Assembly: GCF_009914755.1 (NCBI RefSeq)
Contig: NC_060948.1
DNA: 64,000 nucleotides
Strand: one strand, 5' to 3'
DNA from: the human T2T-CHM13v2.0 reference genome, Homo sapiens
The notes under the pieces are model-generated. The model saw only the letters and a list, made by a program, of their open reading frames with translations. It did not search any database and had not been told where the DNA came from. Made by a program: the position numbers and the translations under genes. Below are positions 26,866-41,328 of this stretch, piece after piece (the stretch's first letter is position 1; every line of letters starts with the position of its first letter).

Positions 26866-29800
26866 ATGAAGACAGACTTGTCACTTTTTAATAACATTTT
26901 AAATTCTACTCTGCAAAATTAACAAGTCAATTTTTACCTTTGAAATTCAAAATTCCAAGTCAAGTTAAGCTACATTTTCATAAAGAAGTAAAAATGAAAC
27001 AAAACAATACAAAACCCTTCTTTTTCCTTTGTACCGAAGTGAGAAAAGAGTTGGGAAGGAAGTCATCTCTACCTTGCTTTACAAATCTGGACTGTACAGA
27101 GAAAGTTCCTCATATAATTTTTGTTAGATCTAAAATCCTGTGAAGTCATCATCAGAACCATCATCTTATAAAACAAAAACAAATCTCCTAGTGGGTCTCT
27201 GATGTGGATTAAATATCTTATAATTAATAATGTATACAAATGTGATTACACTTATGCCTTGAATCATAATATTAAAAATATGAACCTCATTTTTTTAGAA
27301 CAACTACGCTAATAAGAAAAATAACCACTGACCTGGTGTAACAATATGTGGCCTAGAGAGCCAGCATTCTGAACTATTCAGGTTCCTCAGATAGCCCAAG
27401 AGTGATAAGAGCCAAATGGGAGTCTGGACATCGTGGAGGAGTAGCAATTCCAGAATATTTCTTGCTGCCTCAGTCACCAACCAGAATCTGTCATGCAGTA
27501 GAATGGTAGACACCTTCACAACTCTCAGTGGTGCCTCAGGGTGCCTCAGGCCCAGTATCACAGCAGTGTCTTCAGGATCCCTGAGTGCATAGGCAAAGAT
27601 TTATTACAGTACAATCATTAGAAAACCTGAACCTTAAACCTACATCAGGCTTTCCGGAATATCGCTTTTGTCATGATACACAAGGTTCCTAGCTCATCTT
27701 CATTGAAATCAGAAATCTATGAATAAAGAGTCCACAGACAATGGGGTTGCAGAGGAGATAACTAACAGAGGTACTAATAAGCCAAACACAGTGAGGCAAT
27801 TTCTTTTTAGCCTAAAACAAAAAAGTTATTGTATAAGTGAGATGGTCATGCATTATAGAAGTGAATTTGGACAGATAAACTTCCAGCAATGTAATTATGG
27901 GATAATGAATTATAGGACATGGGAAGAGGCAGGCACAAACTTACATGTTCCTGACACAGTGGGCAGCTGTGAGAATCCAAGAGCTGCCAACTATGGAACC
28001 ACTGCAGATCTGACTCCCACAGATGATGATGACAGCCTTCCAAGGCATGGCATATCGCAGATAAATCTGATCTGCCAAAGCCAAGGGGAAAATTCACACA
28101 ATTAATTTGAATAGAATTGCCACATGTAGACCATTTAAAAAAAAATTTAGATCCCTCCTATTTCTGCTAACCAGGTCAGCATTGTTAAATATGACTAGCA
28201 AACACAAACTTCTACCTCTTTTCTGTTTTTCCTTTGTTTTTGTTTTTACATTTTTCTGAAAAAAAAAAAAAAGTTTTCCTTTTACTATTTTTCTAAGTTC
28301 ACAGTTTCTTTATGTCCTAACTTAAATTTCTTCAGTCAAAGTACTGGGAGTCATTCCAGCTTTCTCCCCATTGCAACCTTTACATAGCTATGATTTTAGC
28401 TACTTAAAAGTTATCAAAGTAGATGGGCAACAAAAAATTATTTGATTTGGAGATATTAGATAAACAAGGAAAAATTTGGAGATAAGGCTCCTGTCTCTAA
28501 ATTGGAGGGAGCTTATCTTCCTGAACTTACAATCTTAGTGTGATATCAGAATGACAGTTTAAATAGAACATTCAAGTTTGGGGTTAAGGAAATAGCTCAT
28601 ATTTTAAAAAACATTTGAGAGTTTCTCAGAAAACTGAGTTGAAGCAATGCCAGTTAATGCACATATTACAGATATAAAAACGATGAAGATAGGCTCTCTC
28701 TAGAAGAGGTGAGGAAATATAGATGAAATTAGAAGCATAACTATGATCTTAAGTGTAGTTGTCTTTGAATCAGACTTTGCAGAATGTGAGCAAATAATTG
28801 TGGCCTCCTTTGTGTTTTAATGTGTTATTCACTGTAGCTATGACAATAGGTGTTAGCTATAATATAGCTGTGGTTAAGTGCACATTTAGTACATGACACC
28901 AAAAGAGATCCCTCAGTTTCTAAGGAAATAAGTGGAAGTACAGTAATGTGAAATAGCCATTGCTAATATTGTGATAGGTTTTCTGATAGCCAAGGGAAGG
29001 AGGAAACTGATAATCACAATGTAATACAGTCTAGTACACCAGCACCTAAAACACATTACTTACCAACTGCTATGCTGTTTCCAAACATCATAATGTCTTT
29101 AACTTAAAATATATTCAATTCAAAATAATTCTATTACACATGTAAGATACTGTGTGGTAGAAATGACTTTGTGTTAGGAGAGTGTGTCTTAATGTTAGTC
29201 CTATTCATCTTTTGCCATAAGAACTTGAACAATCCATTCTACTTATCTAGTATAAGAGTAAGCAATTAACATAACTATAGTAATCATGTTTCATGACCTA
29301 TATTATACAGTAATCTATATCATACAGGGATACAATGGAAATTGAATCATAGATCAAGTGTGAAATACCTTTGTAAACCACAATAAAAATAATTTCTGTG
29401 ATTTGGTAGATAAAAAACTCATATATTTTACAGGAAGAGCTTTCTTTCCTCTCTGCTTCCCTCTCTTCTTTTCTAATTCCATTCTCTTCTTCCTTTATTA
29501 CCTCTACCAAGTTTTTGAGCCTTACTCTGAGGCTGTGGCAGAGAGAAGTGTGGCCAAAGAGAAGCAGGGGTGGAGGTAAAAGCTGAAGCATTTGTAGAGG
29601 TAGAGACTGAATGGGACATAGAAGCAGAGGTAGTCATGGGCCCTTGCTTGTACCAGGGAGCATAGCTAGACTGTGTCACTCCCTGGAGTCAGAAAAGGAA
29701 AGGGTGCACTTGGCTGAAGACCTAGGGCTTTGTGCAATGGTCCTCAAAGTGACTCAAGATTCCCACTTGCACCCAAGTGTCCTCTTGCTGTAGATGGCAT

Positions 29801-30629
29801 ACGAAAGGTGCTCCCAAGTCACCTTGCAAGAAACAAGAGGCAAGATATCAAACAATATTTTAAAGGAGGGCCAGAAGTAACTTTTGGTTTTCAAGATATT
29901 CCTCTTTCTCCCTGATATTTATACCCCATGAATTTGTCACCTGATAGTCAGCCATCCACATGGCTTTCTTGGCCTCCACCCAGAAAGTGAGTTCATTCAG
30001 CTTGAGCCAAAATTGGGCACAAGTGCTGACTTGTAGGATGCTCAGGTGCCGTTTTTGCACAATTCCAGGACTTTCTGATAGAAAACAGAGAAGAGGTGTT
30101 TGTGTTTGTCTTCAAATTTTAGCCCACATTAGAGGGAGAAGTATGGTGAAGGGAAAGACAAATCTTTTATTATTCATGAGAGGATACTATTCTCTTCCTA
30201 AACATGCTTCTCTTTCATTCCAGTGTCTTCTTCTTTAGTCACCCCCTCATAAGGGACCAACTACGTAGCCAACAGTCATATAGTTGTATATTTTCTCTTG
30301 TTCCAGACATTGCTCCAGGCGTATAGGAAGGAACCTGGGTTGAAAATGTAGTGGTTGCTTCAGGAAGATCAACCCAGGTCCTAGAGGTCCCTTGGGACCT
30401 AAATAGGGCATGGCATGCTCAAAGGTTACAATCTCAGCTTGGGCAGGATCCTGGAGGTCAATAAGCCCCACTCGGACCACAGCCAGGGCTTCTGCATTTT
30501 TTTGGGGGAAAAAAAAATCAAGGAAAAAATCTTATTATTTCCACATTTCAGTGTGAAAAAACCCTGGAGTTCACGTGAATCACATGAAGTCCAGGTAAGC
30601 ACTCAGTTGCAAATAGTACTTTAGAAACT

Positions 30630-30857
30630 ATTTTCAAGGATCATTTGAGACCAATTGGTCAACATGATGAGAATTTTTCCTTACCAACAGCAAGAACAAC
30701 AACAACAAAATTATCCAGATGCAGTAGCGTGTGCCTGCGGTCCCAGGTACTCAGATGGCTGAGGTGGGAGCATCCCTTAATATTGGGAGTTTGAGGCTAA
30801 TGTGAGTCACACCACTGCATTTTAGCCTGGACAATAGAGGGAGAGTCTCTCTCTCTC

Positions 30858-30902
<45 letters not shown>

Positions 30903-30965
30903 GTCTCTATCTCTCTCTCTTTCCCTATCTCTGTCTCACACACACAAACAAAAATAAATAAATAA
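30630..30965 (+). mobile_element. Partial Alu followed by (CT)n microsatellite (~30846-30935)
   Basis: gtgcctgcggtcccaggtactcagatggctgaggtggg..caccactgcattttagcctgg, then tctctctc run. Confidence 0.8.
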
Positions 30966-33126
30966 ATAGAAAAGAAACATATTCAGTAACAGTCTCAATG
31001 TTTTACTTGCTTTATAATGATATCATAATCTTGAAATGAATTGCTCAGACTTACATAAAATTGACACATCTAGCTGTGCTAATGATCCACTGTTCATGTA
31101 GTATGGAGCCAGCACAAAAATGGGAGAAAAACATTTGTGCAGAAATCACCCAACAGAATTCACCAATTTCTGCCTCTCAGCAGTTGGGACAGACAGGGAT
31201 AATGCCAGGGCATAATCCACACTCTGCAGAGGAACCCACACATGGTATAGAGTGATTAGTGTTACTACCCTTCCTTTTCTAAAATCTAAATTTAGACTTT
31301 TAGAAAAATGCTTGGAAATTCATTATCTTCAATTCTGAGAAAATACATAGAAATATACATTATTCATCCCACAATTTTAGATATAGTACAGAGGTTATCT
31401 TCATACTTCCCCTTCTAACAATAAAGCGTATATATATATACACACACACTATTACATATATACTATATATATACACATATATACTATATAGATGCTATAT
31501 ATAAATATATGTATATATAGTTTATATATGTAGTATATTATTATTTATATCTGATACTAGTATCCAAGATGTTATACTATTATCCAATAGTGTGTGTATA
31601 TATGTATATACCTCAAGTGAAAATAATAAAACCTTTCTAAGGAGTAAGGCTATCTTTAAAATACTGCTGTCTGAATAGAATTGTGTTCATAACACATAGC
31701 TCAAACATCCTGTTTGGCAAAAAAAAAAAAAAAATATTCTCTCAATATTTACACATCTCTGCTGATTCACACAATAACCTAAATTTTGGTTTTGCAACGG
31801 TCTGAGAACATAACCTCTGTTGCTACAAACTCTGGTTTTAGGGTTCAACAGGAGTCTTCATACCAAGTACATTAACTCAAATATCTGACTCGACTAAAGC
31901 TGCCTGTGGTTTCATGGGAAATAACAGCTGTCCTGAAGAGCCAGAAAGCCTGGAAACTTTCTTTCCAAATCACAGCTAGTTGACACTCACCCAGGGAAAC
32001 ACTGAGTTCTGAATACCTAAGAGGTTGTTGTTCAGGCTTGGGTCCAGACTGAGATCCAGGCATCAGGAGAGGTTGTTTTGTTAAAAATGCGGCTGGAGCA
32101 GTATGCAAGGATGAAAAAGAATGAGAAAGAATTGACTCTTTAGTAAATGCTGAGGGAAATATATTCTGAGGAGGATTAGCAAAAGAGCCTATGGATAGCA
32201 GAATAGGAGAGGAGACCAGAGGAGAAATACCTGAGCAAGATGGGAAAATACAGAATGAAAGGAAAGTACAAGAAGAAAAGACTGAACAAGAAGGGGTCAG
32301 TGTACATACAGATGGAAGAGAACAAGAATGAATAAAGAAAAAGCATAAAGAGAGATAAGAGAGGTACTTGGGACATGAGGGCTTTCTTTTGTCTTGATAA
32401 TTTTTAATTTCCTGCCATAGAGCTGGTAAACAACTCTTCCAGGAAGCCAAATGCTTGTAAACTGGCTTGGTTGGATAGAATTGATTTTATATTGGCTTTG
32501 TGTGGCAGTTATCTCAGTTGACAAAGCTATAAAATACCGATCTGGGGAATAAACAGTTTTTACTGGCAAAAAGGGTACACGTTTGGACAAGCAGCCAAAA
32601 TGACTCGTTAATAGTGTTTCTCTGTTCGGCTCAATTTCAGGAGGAGAAAATGATCAATTATAACAGCTTTATAGGGTTCTGGGTCTTAGTATTTCTGTTT
32701 CAGGCTGGATCCAGGTTCTCACTTTGCCGGCTTTAAAAACACCGAAGGATTCAATAAGATGAACTTCAGACTGGATCCAGTGTCTGCTCGGGTTACAGGC
32801 AGTATCCAAGATATGAGTGTTCTTCCTTTAAGCAAGATCCATGGTTTGACTACTGGAGATAGAACCTTGGGCCAGAATCTTAATAGGAAGGTTTCAGACT
32901 GGATAAAAGAGTGAATTACATCAAGTTCAGGCTGGATCCAGGCGCCGACTATTTGATATTTCAAATAAACCCATGGTCTGCCTTTATTCATTTGAATGTA
33001 AAACGAAGATCTGTCTCTATCTTCAGTTTCCTGCTTGATCCAGAGTCTCTCTGCTTGGGTTTCAGGGTGGGTCCACGAACGATTTGTAGTAACTCTTTGC
33101 TGAGTCCAGGGCTGAAATATACAAAC

Positions 33127-33590
33127 TGTCTCACGTGTCCGTGTGAAGAGACCCCCAAACAGGCTTTGTGTGAGCAACATGGCTGTTTATTTCAGCTGGT
33201 GGCAGGCAGGCTGAGTCCAAAAAGAGAGTCAGCAAAGGGTGGTGGGATTATCATTGGTTCTTATATGTTTTGGGATAGGCAGTGGAATTAAGAGCAATGT
33301 TTTGGGGACAGGGGGTGGATCTCACAAAGTACATTCTCAAGGGTGGGGAGAATAACAAAGAACCTTCTTAAGGGTGAGGGAGATTATAAAGAACCTTCTT
33401 AAGGGTGGGGGAGATTACAAATTACATTGATCAGTTAGAGTAGGGCAGAAACAACTCACAATGGTGGAATGTCATCAGTTAAGGCTATTTTCACTTCTTT
33501 TGTAGATCTTCAGTTGCTACAGGCCATCTGGATGTACACGTGCAGGTCACAAGGGATATGATGGCTTAGCTTGGGCTCAGAGGCCTGACA
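33127..33590 (-). mobile_element. HERV-H LTR7-family solo LTR inserted in PRSSLY-like exon 1, same orientation as the gene
   Basis: Minus strand starts tgtcaggcctctgagcccaagctaagccatcatatccc and ends aataaacagccatgttgctcacacaaagcctgtttgg..ctcttcacacggacacgtgagaca; internal aagaaccttcttaagggtg duplication typical of LTR7. TSD is imperfect (caaac/ccagc). Confidence 0.92.
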
Positions 33591-34904
33591 CCAGCTTCAG
33601 TGTGGGGCCAAGGAGAGAGTGGCTGACTTTCAGGATGAACCTAGGGTCTAATTGTATCACACTGAGTCTGTAAGCAAGATGTGACTGTATCAATTTCAAT
33701 GAAGTTTTGGGGTTTTATTACTTGGCTTACAGTCCAAATTTGGAATACTTCAGTTTCAGGTTGGTCCCAGGATTTAATGAACTCATTTGAGTCTGGAACC
33801 AGTATCTTATCACTGTATTGGCTTCAGGGTGGGTGCAGGGTTGAATTTCAGAGTAAGTCCATGGTCTGATTGCAGCAGGTACATGCTGAGTCCAAGGGTA
33901 ATTTATACTAAGTTGATTCTGGGTCCAGGAGTGGGTCATTTGTGATTCCACTTGGGTCCATGGCCAAACTGCATCGTTTTGTGTTGGGGACCAAAGTGCG
34001 AACATATCCTCTTCAGGCCACATCCTAATTGCTTGAGATTCAGGCTCAGTATATTGTTTTATTTTATCAGTTTCAGAATGGGCCCAGAGTCTGACTGTAT
34101 TGCTTTCAGCATAGATCCAAGGTTGCAGAACATCACCTTCAGACTGGGTCCAGGGTCTGACTGCATTCTTTTCAGATTGGTTCCATGGGTGGATTATTTG
34201 CCATTCTGGCTGCATCCAGGTAGTACCTGCTCGAGAATGAGGTTGAGTAACATTTATTCTTACATTGTTTTGAGTCTGAAACCAAGAACTCACAGTATTA
34301 ATGTCAGGCATGGTCAAGCATTTTGCAGCTTGCATTTCAGCCTGATACAACAGTGTATCAGACAAGGACAGGGTCCAGGGTCTGACTGCTTGAAATTCAC
34401 ATGAGTCAAAAGTCTGATTGTATTAGTTTTAGGTTGAGTCCAGGGGTGGATTGTGCCTGCTTCAGTCCAGTTCCATAGTTTTACTGTATCTTCTTCAGAA
34501 ATGGTCTGGGATCTCATTGTACCTACTTCAGATTGGGTGCACGGGTAGAAGACATCAGTTTCGGATTAGATCCTTGTTTTCAATGTAGTAGTATTATGTT
34601 TGGCCCAGGATTCTAGTTTACCAGGTCCAAATGGAGTAAATGTGCTCAGTGTTTGAAATTCTGGTTGAGCCCAAGGTTTCATTTTCTTCTGATCCAGTTT
34701 TAAACAAAGGTGTGCTAAGCAGAGCTTCAGGCTGGGGCCATGGTTCTGCTGCTTGTGGTACAAGCACTGTCCAAGATATAAGTGTTCCAAATTCAGACAA
34801 CGTCCATTCATTGATATTTTCAATTTCATGATGTGTCCATAAAATAGATGCTTGATTTTCTTCATGAATCACAGGTCATGAGTATCAGGTTGAGGTGGTA
34901 ATGA

Positions 34905-35259
<355 letters not shown>

Positions 35260-38200
35260 TCTTAGCTTCAGTTTTACCCATTGTCCAGTATGTGCCCATT
35301 TCGCTCTGTGTATAAGCATTTGCATCTGGAAAATCATCATGAGTCCACTTTGAGAGTGTGGAAGCTGCAGCCTCTGTCCATGTGTTCATTACTGGAGACT
35401 CAGACTGGGTCTGCGGGGTGATTGATTCTGACACAGGTAGATGTCCAGGTTTTTCCTGCTGAAGGGATAACTGGTTGCATGGTAACACGGTGGAAACTAC
35501 AGCCCATGCCCCTGAATTTTCTGTTGAGATTCATCATTGTTTCATGATATAAGAAGATATAAGAAGATCAGATCAGTCTGTATCCAGGTAATTCCTACTG
35601 GAGGCCTGCAGCATGCAGCCACAGTATAATTGTGTCAGATACTGCCTGTGTGGAGGTAATCGCTGCAGAAGATTCAACCTGGGTCCACAGCATAAGTATA
35701 TCAGATACAGGATGTGTCCAGGGTTTTGTTTCTAAAAGTAAAGCTTTGGTCCAAGGTATGACTATGGAAGCTATTGCCTCTATTCACAGATTGACTGCTA
35801 GAGATACAGGCTTGGTCCACAATGATAATATATTAGATATAGGCAGTCTCCAGGAATTCACTGGTGAAGATTCAGATTGGATCAATCCTATGTATGTATC
35901 AGATGCAGGCTGTATCCATGTAATTAATGCTGCAGATTCAGATTGGTTGTATTAAATACATAAGTTGGTTGTATTAAATGAAGGCTGTGGCCAGATCTTT
36001 ACTGTTGAAGATACAGCCTGTGCCAAAATTGTTACCGTATGAGCAAAAGGCTCTGTCTAAGGATTTACTGCTGGAAATTCAGCCTGGGTCCAGGGTATAA
36101 TTTTGGAAGCTACAGCCTCTGTCCAGGTATTTACTGGTAAGCATTCAGTTTGAGCCCATGCTTTCAGTGTATCATGAAAAGTTTGTGAAAAAACGATTAA
36201 TGATGGAGTTACAGGCTGTGTACACAGTGTGAGTGTATCAGCAACAGGCTTTGTCCAGGGATTTACTGCCAAAGATTCAGTCTGGGTCCATGGTATGACT
36301 GTATCAGTCTCCACCTATAACAGAGGACTTGGGGCTAGAGATTCAGACTCTGTTCAGATCTTTACAATTGGAGGCTAAGATTGTATCATGGGATTTCTAG
36401 CTGGAAATTCAGCCTGGTTCCAAGTGATAACGGGTGTATATTTTGCTTGGGTCCATAGTTTGACTGTGCCAGGCAGAGGTTACAACCAGAAACTGATTGC
36501 TGGTGATTTTGTCTGTGTCCATATTATGACTGTATCAGCTAGAGCCTCTCTCCTGGGAATTATTACTAGAGATACAGCCATGTACTGCAGTGTGACTATA
36601 CCAGGTACAGCCACTGTTAAGGGATTTATTGCTGGCAACAGATCCTGGGCCCATGATGTGACTATTTCAGTTTTAGACTGTCTCCATGGGTTTACTGCTA
36701 CACAAACATCCTTAGCCAATGGTTTCACTCTATCAAGTAGAGTATATGTACAGAGATTGTTGATTTTAGAATGAGCCTGGGTCCACAGTATGAGTATTTC
36801 TGTTTCAAGCTTTGTGGAGGGATTTACTCCTACAGATTCAGCTTGGTTCAGTGGTATAACTGTAGCAGGTATAGGATGTGTCCCCTCCTTTACTTTTGGA
36901 GATTCAACCTCAGTACACCATGTGAACATATTCGTTTCATATTGTTTCCAGAGATTTATGGCAGGTGATTTGACTTGGTTCCACAGCTTGATTGTATAAG
37001 CTATTGCCTGTGTCAAATGCTTTAGTGCTGAAGACTCAGCCTGGGTCCATGGTATGAGCGTATCAGATACAGATTGGATCCAAGGCTTTACTGTTAAAAA
37101 TTCAAACTGAGTCCACGGTGTGTATCAGCTACATGTTCTGTCCAGCAAACTACTGCTGGAGATTCAGCCTGAGGCCATGGTGTGTCTGTGTCATACACAG
37201 ACTGTGTCCAAAGATTTCCTGCTGGAGATTCAGACTGTGACCACAGTGTGACAGTAGCAGCCCAAGGCAGTATCCATTGATATCCTGCGGTTAATTCAGC
37301 CCCTATCCACAGTGTGATGGCATCAGCTATGGACGTTCTCCAGGTATTTACTGATGGACATTCAACCTGGGTCCAAGGTACGACTGTGGAAAGTATAGGC
37401 TGTGTCCGTGGAATTACTGCTGGAGATACAGCCTGGGCCCATGGTGTGACTGTGGAAGTTCCAGCCTCTGTGAACGGATTTACTGTTGGAGACTCAGCTT
37501 GTGTCCACAGGATAATGGTATCAGATTCAGGTAGTGTACAGAGATTTACTGCTGAAGAGTCATTTTGGGCTCATGGTTTGATCATATAAGATACGTACTG
37601 TGTCCATGGATTTATTGCTGGAGACTCATCCTGTATCCATGGTATAGTACTATCAACTACAGACTTTGTCCAGGGATTTACTGCTGGAAATTCAGGTTTG
37701 GTCCACAGCTGGTCTGCATCAGCTATTGCCCATGTCCATGAATTTAGTGCTGGAGAATCACTCAGGATCCTCTTTGTGATTGTATAAGTTTCAGACGGTG
37801 TCCAGGCATTTCCTTCTACATAAATTCAGCCTGGTTCCAGGGTAGGACAATGTCAGCTGTAGCCTCTCTCCAGGGATTCATTGCTGGCATTCTACCCAGA
37901 ATCCATGGTTGAATCCAAGATACTGCTGGACTTTCAGCCTGGGTCCATGGTAGGAACATATCACGTGCCCAGGGACTTAATCCTAGAGTTTCAGCCAGAA
38001 TCCATGTTGTGAGTATATCAGTTTCAGAGTATGTCCAGTGATTTAATAACTGATTCAGCCTGGATAGGTGTTGTGACCGTATCACATATAGAAGAATATA
38101 TCCATGAATTCATCACTAGTGATTCAGCATGGGTCCCTAATGTGATTATATCAGTTCCCAACTGTTTCCAGGAAAGTATTGCTGGAGACTCAACGTGGGT

Positions 38201-38596
38201 TCACAGTGTTATTGTTTCAGTATGGAACTGTGTAGAGTAGTTTCCTACTGACAAATAAGCCAAGATCCACAATGAGACTGGGTTAAATTCAGATAGTGCC
38301 AGGTATTTACTGCTAAATATTCAGGCTGTATTTTTTCCAGGGATTTGTTGGTGGCATTTCATCGAGGATCCATGGTATGGCAGTTTCAGCTATAGTTTTT
38401 GCTCAGGGATTTATTGTTGGAATTCTATCCTGGATCTATGTTGTGACTGTCTTAGCGATAGGCTCTGTCAAGGGAAGTAAGGCTGGAAATTCTTCTTGGT
38501 TCCAAAGTGTGACTTTACCAGACACAGAATGTGTCCAGAGTTTCACTGCTGCAGATTTGGCAATAGTCCACAGTATGATTAGATAATCCTCTGGAC

Positions 38597-38856
38597 AGGC
38601 TGGGGTGAAGTGACAAGATCATAAGTTACAGCAACATCAAACTCCCTGGTTCAAACAATTCTTTCACCTCAGCCTCCCAAGTAGCTAGGGCTGTAGGCAC
38701 ACTGCAAAACAAGCAGCTAATTTTTAAATTTTATTTATTTTTTCTAGAGACAGCATCTCACTCTATTTGCCAGCCTCCTCTGGAATTCCTGGCCTCAAGT
38801 GAGGCCCTGTCTCAGTTTCCCAAAATACTGAGATAACAGGCAAGAGCCACTGTGGC
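38597..38856 (-). mobile_element. Old Alu (J-type) at the apparent 5' truncation of PRSSLY-like exon 1
   Basis: caggctggggtgaagtg..cacctcagcctcccaagtagctaggg..ctggcctcaagtga..ataacaggcaagagccactg. Confidence 0.75.
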
Positions 38857-39664
38857 TTCAAAGGCTTTTTAAATAAGTTCCCTATTTCTTAATTTTTTTA
38901 AATCACTGAAAATTCTTCTGGTTTATTTATTTGTGATTAAGGAAAATGCATATCTTTATGTGTATTTACAGAACTGTTAACGTGTTTCTACACCTGCCCC
39001 CCCAACCCAAAAATGCTAGCTTTGCCTTTATGTAGTAAGTACTCAGCAGTCTACTTGTGGCTGATTCTAGATACATAAATTATTATTTCTAGTCATGTGA
39101 CTATGTTGATGGTGGCAGATGGAGGGATCTAGAAGCTTAACTGACAACATCTCGATATTGCTGCCAAAGCTACTGTGATCTGAAGGAATAGAGATGAGAA
39201 GGATATGAGATATGCATTACTCCATCAGGCAATTGATAGCATGTTTTTCCTAAGAGATTTTATAGCATAGCTTTCAATCATTAAAAAATATCCCTGAGAT
39301 AGTTCAAATTCTCCTTTCCTTCCATCCTATCTCATACAAACTTACTTCATAGACTCTTGGATTGTGGCAAATCACCTTACACCAAGTAACAGAATACAGA
39401 ATAATTTCAATGCCTGATATTGTGACTTTACTTCCATTTTTACCCATATAAAGTTGAGTAATATGGACTCATTTGTTTATACATGTTTTATAAATTTCTG
39501 CTTTTATTTCTCCATTAATTTTCTTTTTTATTGTCCACCTCTAAATTATATTAATGATGTAGAGGACATGACTTTTGTGGCTTACTCTGATATTGGTATA
39601 TAGCCAGCAGTGAGATTGCTGGATCATATGGTAGCTCAAATTTCAGATTTTTGGAAAAAATAAA

Positions 39665-40405
39665 AGATTTGGAAGCAACCTAAATGTCCATCAGCAGATA
39701 AAGCGATAAAGAAAATGGGGGAGGGATAGCATTGGGAGATATACCTAATGCTAGATGACGAGTTAGTGGGTGCAGCGCACCAGCATGGCACATGTATACA
39801 TATGTAACTAATGTGCACAATGTGCACATGTACCCTAAAACTTAAAGTATAATAAAATAAAAACAAAAGAAAATGTGGTACACATACACAATGGAGTATT
39901 ATTCAGCCGTACAAAAAGAATGAGATCCAGTGATTTCCAACAGCATGGTGGAACGGAGATCATTATGTTAAGTGAAATAAGCCAGGCACAGAAAGACAAA
40001 CATTGCACGTTCTCACTTATTTGTGGGACAAGAAATAAAAATAATTGAACTCATGGACATAAAAAGTAGAAGGATGGTTACCAGAAGCTGGGAAGGGTAA
40101 TGGGGGCCTGGTAGGGAGATGGGGATAGTTAATGGTTTTAAAAAAACATAGAAACAATGATTGTGACCTACAATTTGATAGCACACCAAGATGACTGTAA
40201 TCAATAATAACTTAATTATACATTTTAAAATAATTACAGAGTGTAATTGTATTGTTTGTAGTTCAAGTGATGGGTGTTGAAGGAATGGATACCCCATTCT
40301 TCATGATTGGCTTATTCCAGATTGTATGCCTGCATCAAAACATCGCATGTACCCCATAAATATACACACTTACTATGTCCCCACAAAAAAAAATTAAAAA
40401 AAATA
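39665..40405 (+). mobile_element. Older L1 (L1MA/L1PB-like) 3' end with A-tail
   Basis: tggaagcaacctaaatgtccatca..aaagaaaatgtggtacacatacacaatggagtattattcagcc..ataagccaggcacagaaagacaaac..atgtaccccataaatatac..aaaaaaattaaaaaaa. Confidence 0.85.
39718..39865 (+). mobile_element. Short 5'-truncated young L1 (L1PA2-like 3' end) nested in an older L1
   Basis: ggagggatagcattgggagatatacctaatgctagatgacgagttagtgggtgcagcgcaccagc..cttaaagtataataaa; GAG rather than the Ta ACA diagnostic; TSD aaagaaaatg at 39708-39717 and 39866-39875. Confidence 0.88.
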
Positions 40406-41268
40406 ATATTATGAAGAGACTATACCAAGAGGGAAATAAGCCGTATCTTCCAAAGCATAATTTTTCTTTTACCAGGTTTGTTTTATTTATTTATTTTTTA
40501 TTTCTCCATCTTTCTCTCTGCTACAAACACACACACACACACCCCTTCATACACACACCCCTTCATACACACACATACACAAGATGATAATCTGGCCAAA
40601 TGTAAGTTTGGAGATATTGAATTACAGTTTACCATCCAGATTGTCAGGTCTGAAAGCTATTAGAAAATGAAGTATCAATCATCTAATATTTGGAAAAAAT
40701 TTGTAAGCACATATCATGGAAGTTATTGATAATATGTTCTTTAAGTACTGTAGATTTTAATGCTGCTTTTAATGTTGGTTAAGTGGGAATTTTTATAATC
40801 TTGCTGTTTTATAAGAACAGTTAAATCAGAGATAAAATATAATGTATTGCTGCACTAATTTAGAAGGTGTCATGAATACCATACATATGTATGGATGGAT
40901 ATATAGACATAGACCCTTTTTTTTTTACAAACTTCACTGAATTATAGCATTTATTTTTGATGTTCTTTTACTCCAAGTGGTAAAATTACCTTTTTTAAAA
41001 AATCACTAATTATGGTAAGTAAATACACTGTAGCCCAAATGTAGGCCCAGCACATTGCTGGTGTCTAGGCAAATTATTCCCCAAACTTACTAATTAGTAG
41101 AAGTAGCTTTAGACTTTTACTAGGATAAATGCAACTTTGATTTTATGATGAGATTTATATTTAGTGTTGAGGACTTGTTTGATTAACGAGACTGGTGAGT
41201 CTATTAGGAAAAATAACCAAGACCCTCAGGGAGAACTACAAGCCTGAAGATCTAGATCAGCATAATTA

Positions 41269-41328
41269 GGGAATCCAAATGAGCCTCAAGCCCTAAGTGG
41301 GAATCCAAATGAGCCTCAAGCCCTAAGT
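41269..41328 (+). repeat. Perfect 30-bp tandem duplication
   Basis: gggaatccaaatgagcctcaagccctaagt x2. Confidence 0.95.

Noticed and set aside
27070-27165. Exon-like segment on - (ttttataag|ATGATGGTTCTGATG...AAG|gtagag) in PRSSLY-like intron 7
   Set aside because: In-frame stops, no recognisable homology, and the protease module is complete without it.
30700-32800. Possible TTTY5-like lncRNA antisense to the PRSSLY relic
   Set aside because: Suggested only by remembered gene order near RBMY2FP; no sequence-level evidence available here.
35632-38586. Several + strand ORFs with DSAWVH-like periodic motifs
   Set aside because: Antisense shadows of the minus-strand PWTQ repeat; the protease exons fix the coding strand as minus.
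35600-38590. Possible CRISPR-like or satellite array
   Set aside because: Eukaryotic context, no identical repeats with unique spacers, and the period is a multiple of three with conserved Trp codons, i.e. a coding repeat.
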